The translations under genes were made by a program, and so were the position numbers. A stretch of 64,000 nt of DNA from the NCBI GenBank assembly GCA_010909165.1, contig VJWM01000182.1:310001-374000 (forward strand), given 5' to 3'. The notes beneath the pieces are model-generated. The model did not search any database. It had not been told where the DNA came from and worked only from the letters and a program-made list of their open reading frames with translations. Positions 52,190-64,000 of this stretch are shown here, piece after piece. Positions within the stretch are counted from its first letter, which is position 1, and each line of letters opens with the position of its first letter. The DNA comes from Anthoceros angustus (taxonomy: Eukaryota; Plantae; Anthocerotophyta).

Positions 52190-54666
52190 TGTGAGTTACT
52201 TTATCATGCAAATAAAATGTGAGTTTGACACATAGAAATATAATACATTACGGCCCATGGGTAGAACCCAGCTGTCAACAAGAGTGCACCTTTACTGAGT
52301 GAGTAAAGACAGAGACGGTGATGCGTAGATGATATGCTAACATCTCCTAGTATCAACGACCTTAAACTCGTGGCTTTGCTAAAAGTTTATGTATTAGAGT
52401 TTTTGGGCAATACATAGTACAGCCAAAATTGAATCACTTTACAATCAAATTTTGATATATTTGCAAACAAGCATTGCACATGTGTACTTGCTTGTCTTTG
52501 TTATAGTCGTGCCGACTTTCTTCACATTGCCCAAGTATAGTGTATAGTTAATCGTACATTAGTAGACTTGAGCTAGCAATATTGCAAAGTCTCCCATATT
52601 TTTTGGTCTGTTCCACTTCTTGAAACTTTTAAAACCCAAATACAACTTATACTCTTGAAACTTTTAAATTTGGAGTGCACCTTGTGCTCACCCTTTTAGA
52701 AGGGAACATCCACAACTATGCAAGTTGGTCAAGTCACCAATCTAGTTTGACACGGGTGTAGGTCTTGAAAGTGCAGAGAGTGAGTCAGGTCTATTATGTG
52801 AGTTGTCACCATCTATAGATTTCCATTCCTATCATACATACAGTTAACAAGATTTCCAAGAGATAGTGATAGGCTGCACTTATGGACTTACCTCCAAAAG
52901 AGCAAATCTCACTCAAAAAAATATAAAATCCTGTACGTGAGGTTTTTCCAAGAACAGAGGCAAAAAACACATCCATCAGAGAAAGCAAAGTGGTGAAAAC
53001 AACGTATTTTAACACCAACATGGTATTTTACACATGTGAGAACAAACCAAGGTTTGAAAATTCATGCGTTTTGACAAGTTTTTAAGAGAATTGAGCTAAA
53101 AAGGTTGGTAAATTTCTCTCCACGAATATGATAGAATTTGACAATATATGTACTCTACTACAAAACAAAGCGGGCACCAAAATGAAGAGAATAATCCTTA
53201 TACAAAATTAGGTACAAAAATGTCTGACAATACGCAGACACAGTTATTATATTTGATACTTCTGGAAAAAACCATGAAGTATACGTGCCAAAAACGTCTC
53301 CTGGCTTTTATCGAAGAATGTGATCATAAGTAATGCTTGGTATTCTAAAAGAAAAACCTAAAGTGGAACATGGTTCATGTAACCAATATTTACAAACTAT
53401 ATTTGTTAACTATAATTCTCAAGCTCAAAAAACATATTAGGAAACGAACACATGAGAACTCGCGTATTAAAAACTAGTACCTGATACAAAGGAAGTTAAC
53501 AGCACCAGACCTCGGGTGTCCGGTGGCAGAAACGAACTTGACAGCACGAGACACACGATGTCCGATGGTAAGGTCTTTTTATTGACTGCAAAACCGATGA
53601 AGAGAGTCCAGACCAAAAACCGCAGGGCGGATTTATTAACTGCAAAACCAAGGAGGAGAGCTTAGACCAAAAACCTGAATGGTAACTTAGTTTCACAGCA
53701 ACTGCCGAATAGCTCTTGTCATCGGAGCTAGCTCCCTATACCTCGTGTTGGCATCCCACACGGCGTCCTATGCGTCCAATTCCTCCTAGCTCATCTCCCT
53801 TTCTTACTTCCAGCGGGACACTAGACAAGAAGGTCTTAATGCTCACAATGGTATAAAGAGGGGGCATCGCTGTCTCCTGATATGGTCCTTCTTATGTGTC
53901 CGGCGTCCATGTGGAAGTGACTGCAAAGTACAAATTTGTTTACATGTATGCCATAGCTTTGCTTGCTCTTTGGTACCCGTAACGTGTAAAACAAGCTTGG
54001 GATTTTTAGTTTTGTTGGTACACAAGAAGAGACACAATGGTTTTTTTATTTTTTTTTTCATGACATTGTGTCAGGATTGCGTATTGTAATGCGGCGATTG
54101 CCTCCCGTAATCGACTGTGTGGCGAAAACCTAAGGGTGTATGCTTTCACCCAGCGCGCGCCTGCTTTCACCTAAACCCTAATCCCAAAAGAGGGAGACGA
54201 TTGTTCAATACCCCGCGGTCGTATGCCTCCACCCAATGTGCGCCCTTTCATCGGATGTCCAGTGACATGAATAAGATGCATAGTTCCTCATACATTATCG
54301 TTTTATTCATTTATAGTGTGATGCATATACCACCGGTGCTATGCATATAAAAATTGTAAGGTATGATTGTTTTGTATCATGGAAAAATAGGAGTAAAATT
54401 AAGAAAGTTCTGAAATACATGGTTTCATATATAAAGTCTTCATTTTTATGTGTAAATTTGTTATAAAATTTTGAAAACATGCTAAAAGAAGGTTTTGTAA
54501 AAACATACCCCTATTTTTACATGGTCAAAATTATAGAGGAGGAGCGTCTCTACCTCTTTGAAGACCTTGTTGGTTGCATTATTTGACAATCTGTTCAGGA
54601 AAATAATATTTCTACTACATACTAGGTGGCTTGAATCCTTGTTTACTAATGGAGAGAATATGAGAG

Positions 54667-57318
54667 CTACTGCTTATCAACTCTGTAAAGGTTTCTCAGT
54701 TCTTTGAGTTGCTCAATACTAAAACCAAAACGAGCGTTGGGGCTGTTTCCTGCTATACAATTGAACAAAATTGGTACTGGTTTGACACTTCCCATCTTTG
54801 ATTTTCCACGTTCATTGTTAGGCTCACTATTTTCTTGAGTAGAAGTAGATTGCGAGTCGACTTCAACCATACCAAAGTCGGTCATATACTCTCTTTCCAC
54901 GTCGTGAAAATCAGCAATATTTTCTTTGTCGTCCAGACGAGTACCTTGAATGCTAGCAGATTCCTGGTCCTGTTCAGACATGGACAATCCTGGGGCAAAG
55001 TGGTCCAGGAGCGTGGCAACGATGAATCTTGCTTTCTCCCCCATTAACCTCAGAGCCATAGGAAATCTTCCACACCTGGTTATCGCTTCCAACATGTCAA
55101 ACAACCACAGGATTTCTGGGTTGGGTGTAGGTTCGACAGAGTCTTCGGCACCTGCGTTGCTTGAAGGTTTATCATCACAACTCGGAATGACATCCGGAAG
55201 ACTTGAGCTCGGGCACGATATTTGCTCCTGGTGTTGCTCATTGGCGTCAGTGGAGAATGTGACATCACCTTCCGAGGTAGATCCAGATGCAAAGTCTCGT
55301 CCACCCAACCTAACATTCCTCCTGTGAGCAGGAACATCACCCGGTGCTGACAGTCTAACACTACTGCCATGTTCTGAGCCGGGGCCAGACAAGAACTCCC
55401 GTCCACTGAACTTGAGATTCCTTATTTGAGCAGCGACGTCATCTGACACAGCTGCCGTAATGCTGGCGTCTCTGGTAGGACTGGAAATCACAGGCGATTT
55501 GGGGTTGGCAGGAAGAGCTTGCTTTGCGGGTCCGGCACTGGAATTGGGTTCCCGTTGCCGTTGATCCCGCACCCGGAGCTCGTCCGCAGGGACGGGCTTG
55601 AGTATGCCGAAGCTGCTCAGGATGTCGTCAAATCGTTTGAGGTTCTCGCAAGGCTGGATTATCAGGCTGTACTTGGGAAGCTTCTGTTTGCGAGCCATCT
55701 CCCTCTCGATGGCCCAGGCTTGCGGTTCAGCTAGAGGGGGCCTGTTTTCATCCCGACGTGCCTGTGAGGCAGCCATCTCTGTAGCCAGCATGCGTGCTTC
55801 CAATTGCACCGCAGCATGCTCCTCTGCACTGCGTGGGACGAACCTGTCAGGGCTTGCACTGGCGGTGTCCACATCCCACGTCACTGTTGCCTGGTGCTCG
55901 GGTTCCAGCTTTGTGTGAACGGTTGCCCCTGCCCCTGGCTTCTTCCTGGCTCCAGCCCTTGCCTTGGCGCTGGGCATATCCGAGGGAGGGTCAAGGCAAG
56001 CAGGCTGTTCATGCCCCCGTCCTTGCACACCCGTCGGTAGGCTCTTTCTGACGTCTGCCAGTCCCGGGCCAGCCATATCTCCGTTCTCGAGAGAGGGAGC
56101 CCTTCGGTTTGCTTTTCTGCGAGAGGCTTTGGAAGGTTTGTCACCTCTCGGAGGGTTGGAGGTGGAGTGGGAGCCTGAATTTGAGCCTACGTCTACCCCA
56201 CTCTGGGTCTGCTCGGATGCTGTCCCGGCTTCAGGGGACGAGCAGCTCACCTGTGTGAGCTGCCAGTCCCATAGGGTTTCCAGAATTTCCCCCAGAAGAC
56301 TGGAGGGGATCTCGTCCCTGAACATCCGAGGAAACTCATGAGGTGCCAGCCTTCTGAGCAACCGAAACCTTGCATTTGAATCTTTGCTCATCCTCTTCCA
56401 CTCTTTCCTGAACGTCTCGGCGTTGCAATTGCTGCCTGGGAGACTAGTGGGACCCTGGGCTCCGGTATGCAGGGCTCCGGTATACTGGCCATAAGGAATG
56501 GCAGATATCTTGCCGAGTGCTGGAGGCAAATCATGCATGCCTTTCAAGGCTGCTTCCGGTGCTCCATATCTGTTGTTCTCATGATGTTCTTTCATGGCAC
56601 CATCCAGCCCAGATCCTACTGCTGAGCCTGAGGCTGGCAAGCCCTTGGCTTGCCGACGCACATAGGGAGATCCACCGTTGCCAGCTCCACCTTGTAGGTC
56701 ATAGCCTGTCAGCGTGAGAAGGTGATAAGTACTTGACATGACGGCAGGGCAACTTGTTTGATCAGCAAAAACGCGGGTACCGTAGGAGGCGGTCCTGAGC
56801 GGTTTGATTCTGCCACTGGCCAAGGGTGCTCGAGCATTGGACAGCAGCCGAGCAAGTTTGAGGTCTGCACCGCTTGGCGGAGCCTTGTCTGCGTCTGGTC
56901 GGACCCGACGGCCATTTGCATCATAGAGTGGTGGAGGAGACCTTCGCTTAGGAGACCCATCTCGCCCTTTGGGTCGTGTAGGGGAATTCGCCCCTATCTG
57001 ATCACTGGATACCTGCAGTCCAGGAACCCGGAAGTTGAAAATCTATGCTACCAGTACCCAAGATAGGTCTTCAAACCCTTCCACCTGCAGAGTCCCGACC
57101 ACCAGTACCAGGGCAGAGATGGTTGCGTAATCCACACTGTGAGCTTCAGCTGCATCGACCACAACAGAGGCCTTGCTATTGGCAGCATTTTTCTGTTTTG
57201 AATCCTTCTCCGATTTCTTCACTTGCTTTCCATCCACCTCCTTTTGCCTATTAAAAGCCTTGCTGTTCCTCAGTGGCTTGCAGCCCGAGCTTATGGATTC
57301 TGCCACCTTCCTGGCCAT
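54667..57318 (-). CDS. RPAP3_C-domain protein (RPAP3/CCDC103/SPAG1 C-terminal type), no TPRs seen
   Basis: AETFRKEWKR...RFRLLRRL....FPRMFRDEIPSSLLGEILETL and later LEAITRCGRFPMALRLM...LKELRNLY. Exon 1 probably starts at ATG 57318, with an intron at ~57020-57110. Confidence 0.7.
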
Positions 57319-60300
57319 CCTGCGTGACTGTAGATTGCCCAAATTTACGGCTTTTAGGAAGACGGTAACATGAAACAATTGAAGTCCCCAGTGAAGTGAA
57401 ATCCGAACCCTCATGCTGATGAATGGAGTATAGAAATGCACTCTAGAGTCATGGAAGAAGGCAGAGAACCAGTACCTGGAATTTTTTTTCCGGTCCCATG
57501 GAGGAGCTCATTCTGGTGGGCTTGAAATATACTACCAAGATTATTGAGATTGAACAAGATGATGAGCACTTAGACTAGGTTAGAGGGCGACCCTAGAGGC
57601 TGTTGCAAGCCGTTTTTTTGCGAAGCATTTATAACATTGTGTACTATTCTAACATTCCATACATTAAATAGTATTTACATCTTTCATTCATACATATAGA
57701 TAGCCTTGCCAAGGATCTATACATTTTTAAGATTTTAGATATTGGAGACTTTGGACAGGGAAGTATATACATTCCATATATCATATAGTTTATATTCTCT
57801 TTTACATACACTAAGAGAAACTATGTGCTATGCATTTGAGAATCATATTTCTTTTCATCTTCTTTATCACGTGCACTTAGTATCTATGTAGCATGAAAGA
57901 ATCTGAAAAAAAACACTAATATCTCTGACTAGAATTGATAAACTAATATATTTGGAATCATATTAAATAATTTTTATTATTAATATATAGAAAATAATCT
58001 TCTTATAATGACAAAAATGATTGTTTCATAGAGGTAGTACTTAAAAATATTATGTAATAAATTTATTTTAATCAATGTTAGTTATGTTGGAGTTGAAATA
58101 AATGATAGTCTGTCTGCTCTTGTATAACTTAGTATTTTATTGGATTTAAAAAATACGAGATGACTAGTGAAATTGCATGAATAGAAAAGGAAAAGAACAA
58201 ACCGTGTAAAAGGACAAGGAAGTTAGACTCTTTGATATGAGAATCTAAAGTTACCTAAATGATCTAGAACATGTGAGTAATAAGTGGTTAGTAGAATAGA
58301 TCATACTTTAAGTTCTTAAGAACTTTCCTCTTATCATGTGAGAGAATTTTATTGTGACAATGAACAAGTATCTTTTAAAGAATAAAAAATGATCAAACAA
58401 AGCGATGTTTAAGTAAAATTTTCAAATAGGCTCTGACTTATGACGTATTTGGAAGGTCATAAACAAATTTACAAGTCAAATTTAAAAGTAACATGTAACA
58501 AGAAAGTCCGGTCGTTTGCGGATTAAGGACTAACATATAAAATTTGAAAGAATCTATTTCCTTTAATCCGGTCATAATTTTTATCTAGAATGAGTCTTTG
58601 ATAAACTTATTATAGATGAATAATTTTGTGCTTTTAAGTTACTTCAATCTTCAGGACAACTATTTGTTTTCAATCATCTTGGGATGTGTTGTATTTACGA
58701 CACCCTTTCTCCACTTGCTCAACTAACATCACAATTCCAGAGTCGATTACAGCTTTTATATCAGGTAGCTTATATTTTTGAGCTATGTAGATTCCCACAA
58801 ATGTGCCTAAAGTGAAGGAACACGCATTAACAAAGAAACCCATCTAGATTTGCTCCTTAAATCTCACATATTATAACTATCAAGAGCATGAATTCAAGCA
58901 CAAATATTGTTGTGACCAAGGCATTGTTAGTGGATTATATATACGTTTACCCACTTGTAAAATGGATTCTTATGTCCATTTAACCTCTATGAATCTATTT
59001 CCTAATATACGAGGGTGATACAATTATACGACTCTCATTGAAACAAAAAAAAGGTTCTCATGTTTGATTGAATGAAATGTGCAAGAACACATATAAAGGT
59101 GAAGAGGTGCTTATAAGGAAGAGTTGAGTTGGCTCAAGTTGTTTTGAGTTTGAAAGGGTATGATTTGAAATTAGCTAAAGCTATATTTTAATATAATTTA
59201 AAAATAAAATCCATTACAGAGAAAGGCCCAATATGCATGCTACCTACATCTATGTTCATAACCTGTGTAAGTTATATTTTTTCTTTCCTCCAATAATATA
59301 TATGATATATTTTATGTAACTCACGTTTCTCCTTTTCCTTCAGAAGCGGAGAGGAGAAGTCCCATCTACACCAAGACATTTGGAAACAAACCCCTAAAGA
59401 ACATCGGTCTTAGAAGGATTAATCTCCACAACAACCAGAATGAAAATTACCTACCACTCCTACGATGTCAAAATTCCGTAGCCTAATACCCATGTCTACC
59501 ATGGGGGACCCTAAGTACTTTTTAAATATACATGAAATTCATGCCTACCATTGGAGCATAGGTATTTTATAAACTATATAGTTACATAGTTCAAATATCT
59601 TAAATCCATACCTTGTGTATGAGGTATTTATTTTAATATCAAAAAATAAAATATTTTCATCTCTATATATTTGTAAAGTCTCCATGTCCACACTTAAAAT
59701 ATGTATATTATTTTTTTATAGTAAATATGGAGACCTTATAAATATGTAGAGATGGGAAGTCGTATGGGCCATAGGGAACAACCCTCTAGAGAGCCCAGGG
59801 CAAGGAGGACGAAGCCTTCGTAATGTATACTATGAAGCGGGGACTAAGCCCTAAAAATATCTACTATGAAATGGGGACTAGGCCCTCGGAATGTCTACTA
59901 TGAAGCTACCTACCAGTCCCAAGATGTCATAGTATTGAAAAAGGAAAGGCCTAAAGGAAAGGCCACCGGAGTTGAAGAAACTACGTCCCCTTCTTTCGAA
60001 GCTGTCGTGAAAATTGCGTTTAGCGACGCCAAATGAAAATCCAAACGTAAATCCAACGCCATCTATATATTATTTACCTCCCTTCCTTATAATCTACCGC
60101 TATCCACATTGAAAAAGTCTCCATAGGTGATGAAACAGAAGTAACATGTTAGAGGTCTACACTCAAAAGCGATAGAACTTGGCAGGCGACATTCCAAAGC
60201 CTTCAACCCATTCCACGTGATTCAACCGTAATCTGCAGAGCAAAAGCCCGACGCAGGCGCATAAAGTAGGGAACCTCCATTATGGAGCTGTGTTGTATGT

Positions 60301-60785
60301 CTTTTTGCTTGGACCCTCCAGAACGGCTGTGATGGAGGCGGCTGTGATGGAGGCGGCTGTGATGGAGGTTACATGATGGAAAGCTGCAGGCACAGATTAT
60401 GCATGATCTCTACTTGTGTGGTGGCAGGGAAAAGCAGGCGTCCTGATGTCAGGAACCCAGGACGTATGATGAGCAGTCATGGCCTCAGTTTATGGTATTC
60501 GAAAAAGCCTTAGTCCTGTGGCGTCTGCAGACCTACATACTTTGTGGTGTCTGGATGAGGAGCTGAACCTGACGTCCGTGCAAAAGAAGGCAGCAATCAC
60601 AACCAGTGGAGGTAAGACCGTAGAGTTCATTCATCTCATAGCAGCCATATGGTACATTCAATGTTCACCACGTCAGTGTACAGAGAACTGTAAACTCATC
60701 AAGCAGGGAGCAGGGAGCAGGGATGAGGGAGCAGGGAGGCAGGCAGGTGAAGGAGCAAGTGCTGGGCAGCAGTTGAGAGGGTAGT

Positions 60786-63542
60786 CTACAGGAGCTCGCA
60801 CTGAGAAGATTTCACGCCTGCGTTGCCAGATTTGCTGGGGGTGGAGCTTTTGAGGCACACATCCGCGGAGTCGGCTAAGCCATACGAGTTCCAGCACAAG
60901 TTGGGGTTTGGTGATTTCTTGGCCACCACGACTGCTGGGACCAGACTGATGTCGGTCATGGTGATGTCCACGCAGGGGGAAACGTCGCTGCAGGCCAGGT
61001 AGATGGCGTTGCTCTTCACGTACGTCCCCTTGATGTGGGCGTAGGAGATGTCCGACACTTCCACCGCCGAGGTTTTGTTTTTGCACTTGCTGTTGCCGTT
61101 GCAGTAGTACTGGTCTATCACGATGGGGTTGGCGACGTTGCTCACGCTGATGTTGCTGAAGGTGACGAACTTCACGGACCCAGAGCCTCCCTGCATTCCC
61201 ACCCCCGTTCTGTCAGCGGACGCAGATTCGCCTCTCACGATAATCCCATGGAAATTCTGCTCACTCTCCTACCTGCCATGTCTTGATTCTCAACCCATTC
61301 AAGGTCCCCACCATCTCCACGTTCTCCACGGTAATGTTGGACACACAAGCTGTGGTTCCGTCTGCACCCAATCCTCCGATGCTGCAGCAATCCATGTGGG
61401 AACAGAGCGTGAGAGAGGATGTCAGGGATCCGTACAGTCCCTTTGCAGTGCCCAACAGCAGGGTCGAAAGCAGGTCGCCTGTCGCTACGTACCTGATTCC
61501 ATGACCTGGACCGCACGTGCTATCGCGGATCAGCACATTCGCACATCCCGTCTGGATGGAGACGCAGTCATCACCTGGGCGGATCAGGATCATCAAGCAC
61601 ACGGACTAGTCTACTGTTAATCTTTTGGCATTTTGCTTGTCTACTATAGGAACGGAAGGTTGTTCAAGATGGATTGTTGAGGAGAGCAGTTGGAGGAAGA
61701 GGCGCACACCAGAGCCAACGACACTGTTCTGGATGATGGCGCCTCGAGTGTTCTGGAGGTGGATGCCATCCGTGTTGGGGCTGTTGGCAGGTGTAGAGAT
61801 CGTGACATTATCAACGTTGATGGAGATGCAGTTGTCAAACTTGAGGGTGACTTGGGGGCTGTCCTTCAAGCTCAGATCCCTCACAGTCACATTGACACAA
61901 GAGTAGAACCTCACACCCTGCAAGCACAGCCAGGACATGAGTGATGGATGATCAACTGTGTGATGTCCAGTCACATGCAATATGCATGATCTCCCCCAGA
62001 TCTCATCCGAATTCGAATCAACCCACCGTGGGACTGTCGCCGCAGTAATTCACAATGAGCTCCACTGGCATCAGACCTTTGCTTTCCTGCAGAGGAGCAG
62101 AGCAGCAACCGTTACGACCGATCAAGCCTGCGTGTTCTGCGTCATCACTGAAGCTGAACCCACCCATGACACAGCTTGGGACAGGAGAGCATTAAACAAC
62201 ACAAAAGAATCAAGAAACGATAAATTACCAAGAACTTCTCACAGTTCTTCGTATTCCACCAAGCTTCCCCCACGCCATCCACGACTCCAGAGCCTTGCAG
62301 CGACATGTCGTGGAGTTTGGCGAACTCCAGCCATTGCAGCAACTTCTCTGTGGCTGGCTTCCAGTCAACTGGGCTCTTGGGTGCCCGGAGGATCCCATCC
62401 ACCTACAGGTACACATATGATATTGCACAGGGAGTTGAGGAGCCTTCTCACATGAGTGAGCTACAGGATATGACATGGACTACATGATATGGAAAGAAAA
62501 CAAGCAGGTGACCGAATCTGGATTGTGGCCATACCTGAAACACAATGTTGGGCTGGCAAGGCCCCATGAAGAGGATGGGCCCGATCACGAATGTGTACCC
62601 CTGTGGGGCCAGCAACACGCCCTGGTATGTTTGGCATGCCGACAACCAAGCAGATTGGAAGGCCTGCAGCACACAATTTTGAACAATTGTCGGTGAGTAC
62701 AGATCATACGCAAACCTCAGGTCCTGCTCCTGGTCCACCACAATCGACTTCGCACATAGAATTGATGGACAGAGCAGCATGATTCAATGCGGGTGGAAGA
62801 AAGAGGGGCGGCTGCGCCTGCTGCCCAGTACCTCAGTGTCATCTGCCTGGCCGTCGCCCTTGGCTCCGAAGGCCAGCACGCTGAAGACATTGCGAGCAGC
62901 AGGAGGGTGAGGTCCCGGAGGCGAGTTGTAGTGCGGGGAGGCGGATGGCGGGGGAGGAGGCGGGTGACTCTTGGGTGCCTTGGGTGCCTTGGGTGCTTTG
63001 GGCTTGTCGAGAGGAGGAGGAGGGAAGGGAGAGGGAGACGGGGAGGAATGCTTTGGAGGTGGAGGAGGCGGGCGCGGAGTAGCTCGGGGCGGGGCCGGCG
63101 GGGGCGACGGGTCTTCCAAGGCCTTCTTCTGCTTCTTCTTGTGCTTGCCTCCCTTGGCGTGGTGGCCTTGCCCCGCCTTGTGATGGCCCGTTCCGGACGA
63201 GTGCCCGCCGGACGACACAGTCGCCAGGATTCTGTGCAACAGAGACGGCTTCGGTCCGGGGCGCAATTCCGTGTCCCTGTGTCTGCCCCCGTGGGCTGCC
63301 GACTCCCCCGGCAGCGGGACTGCGGAGATGGAGCTGTATCTTCTGAGAGCGTGCGCGGAAGGCAGTCCTGGGAGTGCTGGCCTGTGGAAATCGGATTGGG
63401 AGGATTCCACATCCCGATCGCGAGCCTCGACACCGGAAAGACGCAAACAGGTAAGGATGCACGGTAGGAGCACCAGGACCAGTCCCTGCTGCGGGCGGCG
63501 TCGGCCGTGACCACTGCAGCAGCAGACGGAGGACTGTGCCAT
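60786..63542 (-). CDS. GH28 polygalacturonase with Pro/Lys/His-rich N-terminal region, multi-exon
   Basis: It has a signal-like N-terminus, VFSVLAFGAKGDGQADDT, and all four PG motifs (SPNTDG, GDDC, CGPGHGI|SIG, RIKTWQGG). Confidence 0.95.
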
Positions 63543-64000
63543 GTCGGAAAATGGAAGCCTGGAAGCCTGGAAGCTCTTCTACTCTGCTGTGGTGCGAGGC
63601 AGCCGCGTTAGCCTACACTGACTAGCACTACAGTCTGAGGAATACTCGGACGAGGAGGAGGAGGAAGCAGAGGGACGGAACTGAAGCTACCTGTAGCTAC
63701 CGAGCTACCTACAATCTAGGCATTCAATGAATGACAAGAGCAACATCGTAGCGACGTGTTCCCGAATGCACCACGACCTACCATGGTCAATGTGGCGGTC
63801 ATCCGCCTGGCCCGGCAGAGTGCGGAAAAGGGTGCCTGAGATGATGGAAGGAGGGATGGCAGCCGCAGCAGCAGCAGCCTTCGCAGCCTTCGCAGCCTTC
63901 GCAGAGGTCTAGGCTGAAGACAGATAGAAAGAGCGGCGGCAGGCTTTTATTGTCCAGAATTCAAGAGCCGGGGCCGGGCTCCCCTTCGTTCGTGAATGCA

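Overview
This window is nuclear DNA from a compact-genome land plant. Short GT-AG introns, GC-rich 5' exons, PLS-type PPR debris and a single-domain Gnk2 gene fit a seed-free lineage such as a hornwort or lycophyte; this is an inference. The first ~22 kb is an accessory, birth-and-death region. It holds a tandem array of intronless secreted legume-type (L-type) lectin genes (2 intact, 1 with a single-base frameshift, several pseudogene fragments) and an AT-rich secreted single-DUF26/Gnk2-like gene. These are interleaved with PLS-PPR pseudogene blocks, a decayed LINE, a solo LTR, a TIR element and copies of a ~210-bp structured SINE-like repeat. From 22 to 64 kb lie mostly conserved genes: a divergent tocopherol-cyclase-like gene, PUS7/TruD, a zinc-finger/NADP-GDH fusion, an SNC2/RLP51-like LRR receptor-like protein, an FBT8/9-like BT1 transporter, NUP133, an RPAP3_C-domain gene and a Pro-rich polygalacturonase, with AT-rich TE-derived spacers and one orphan repeat ORF. 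The most notable signals are (1) a SINE-like family whose 3' stem-loop matches the resident LINE 3' end with a compensatory base-pair change, and (2) the secreted lectin/Gnk2 island. All family assignments come from motif recognition by eye; no database searches were run, and exon boundaries are approximate.
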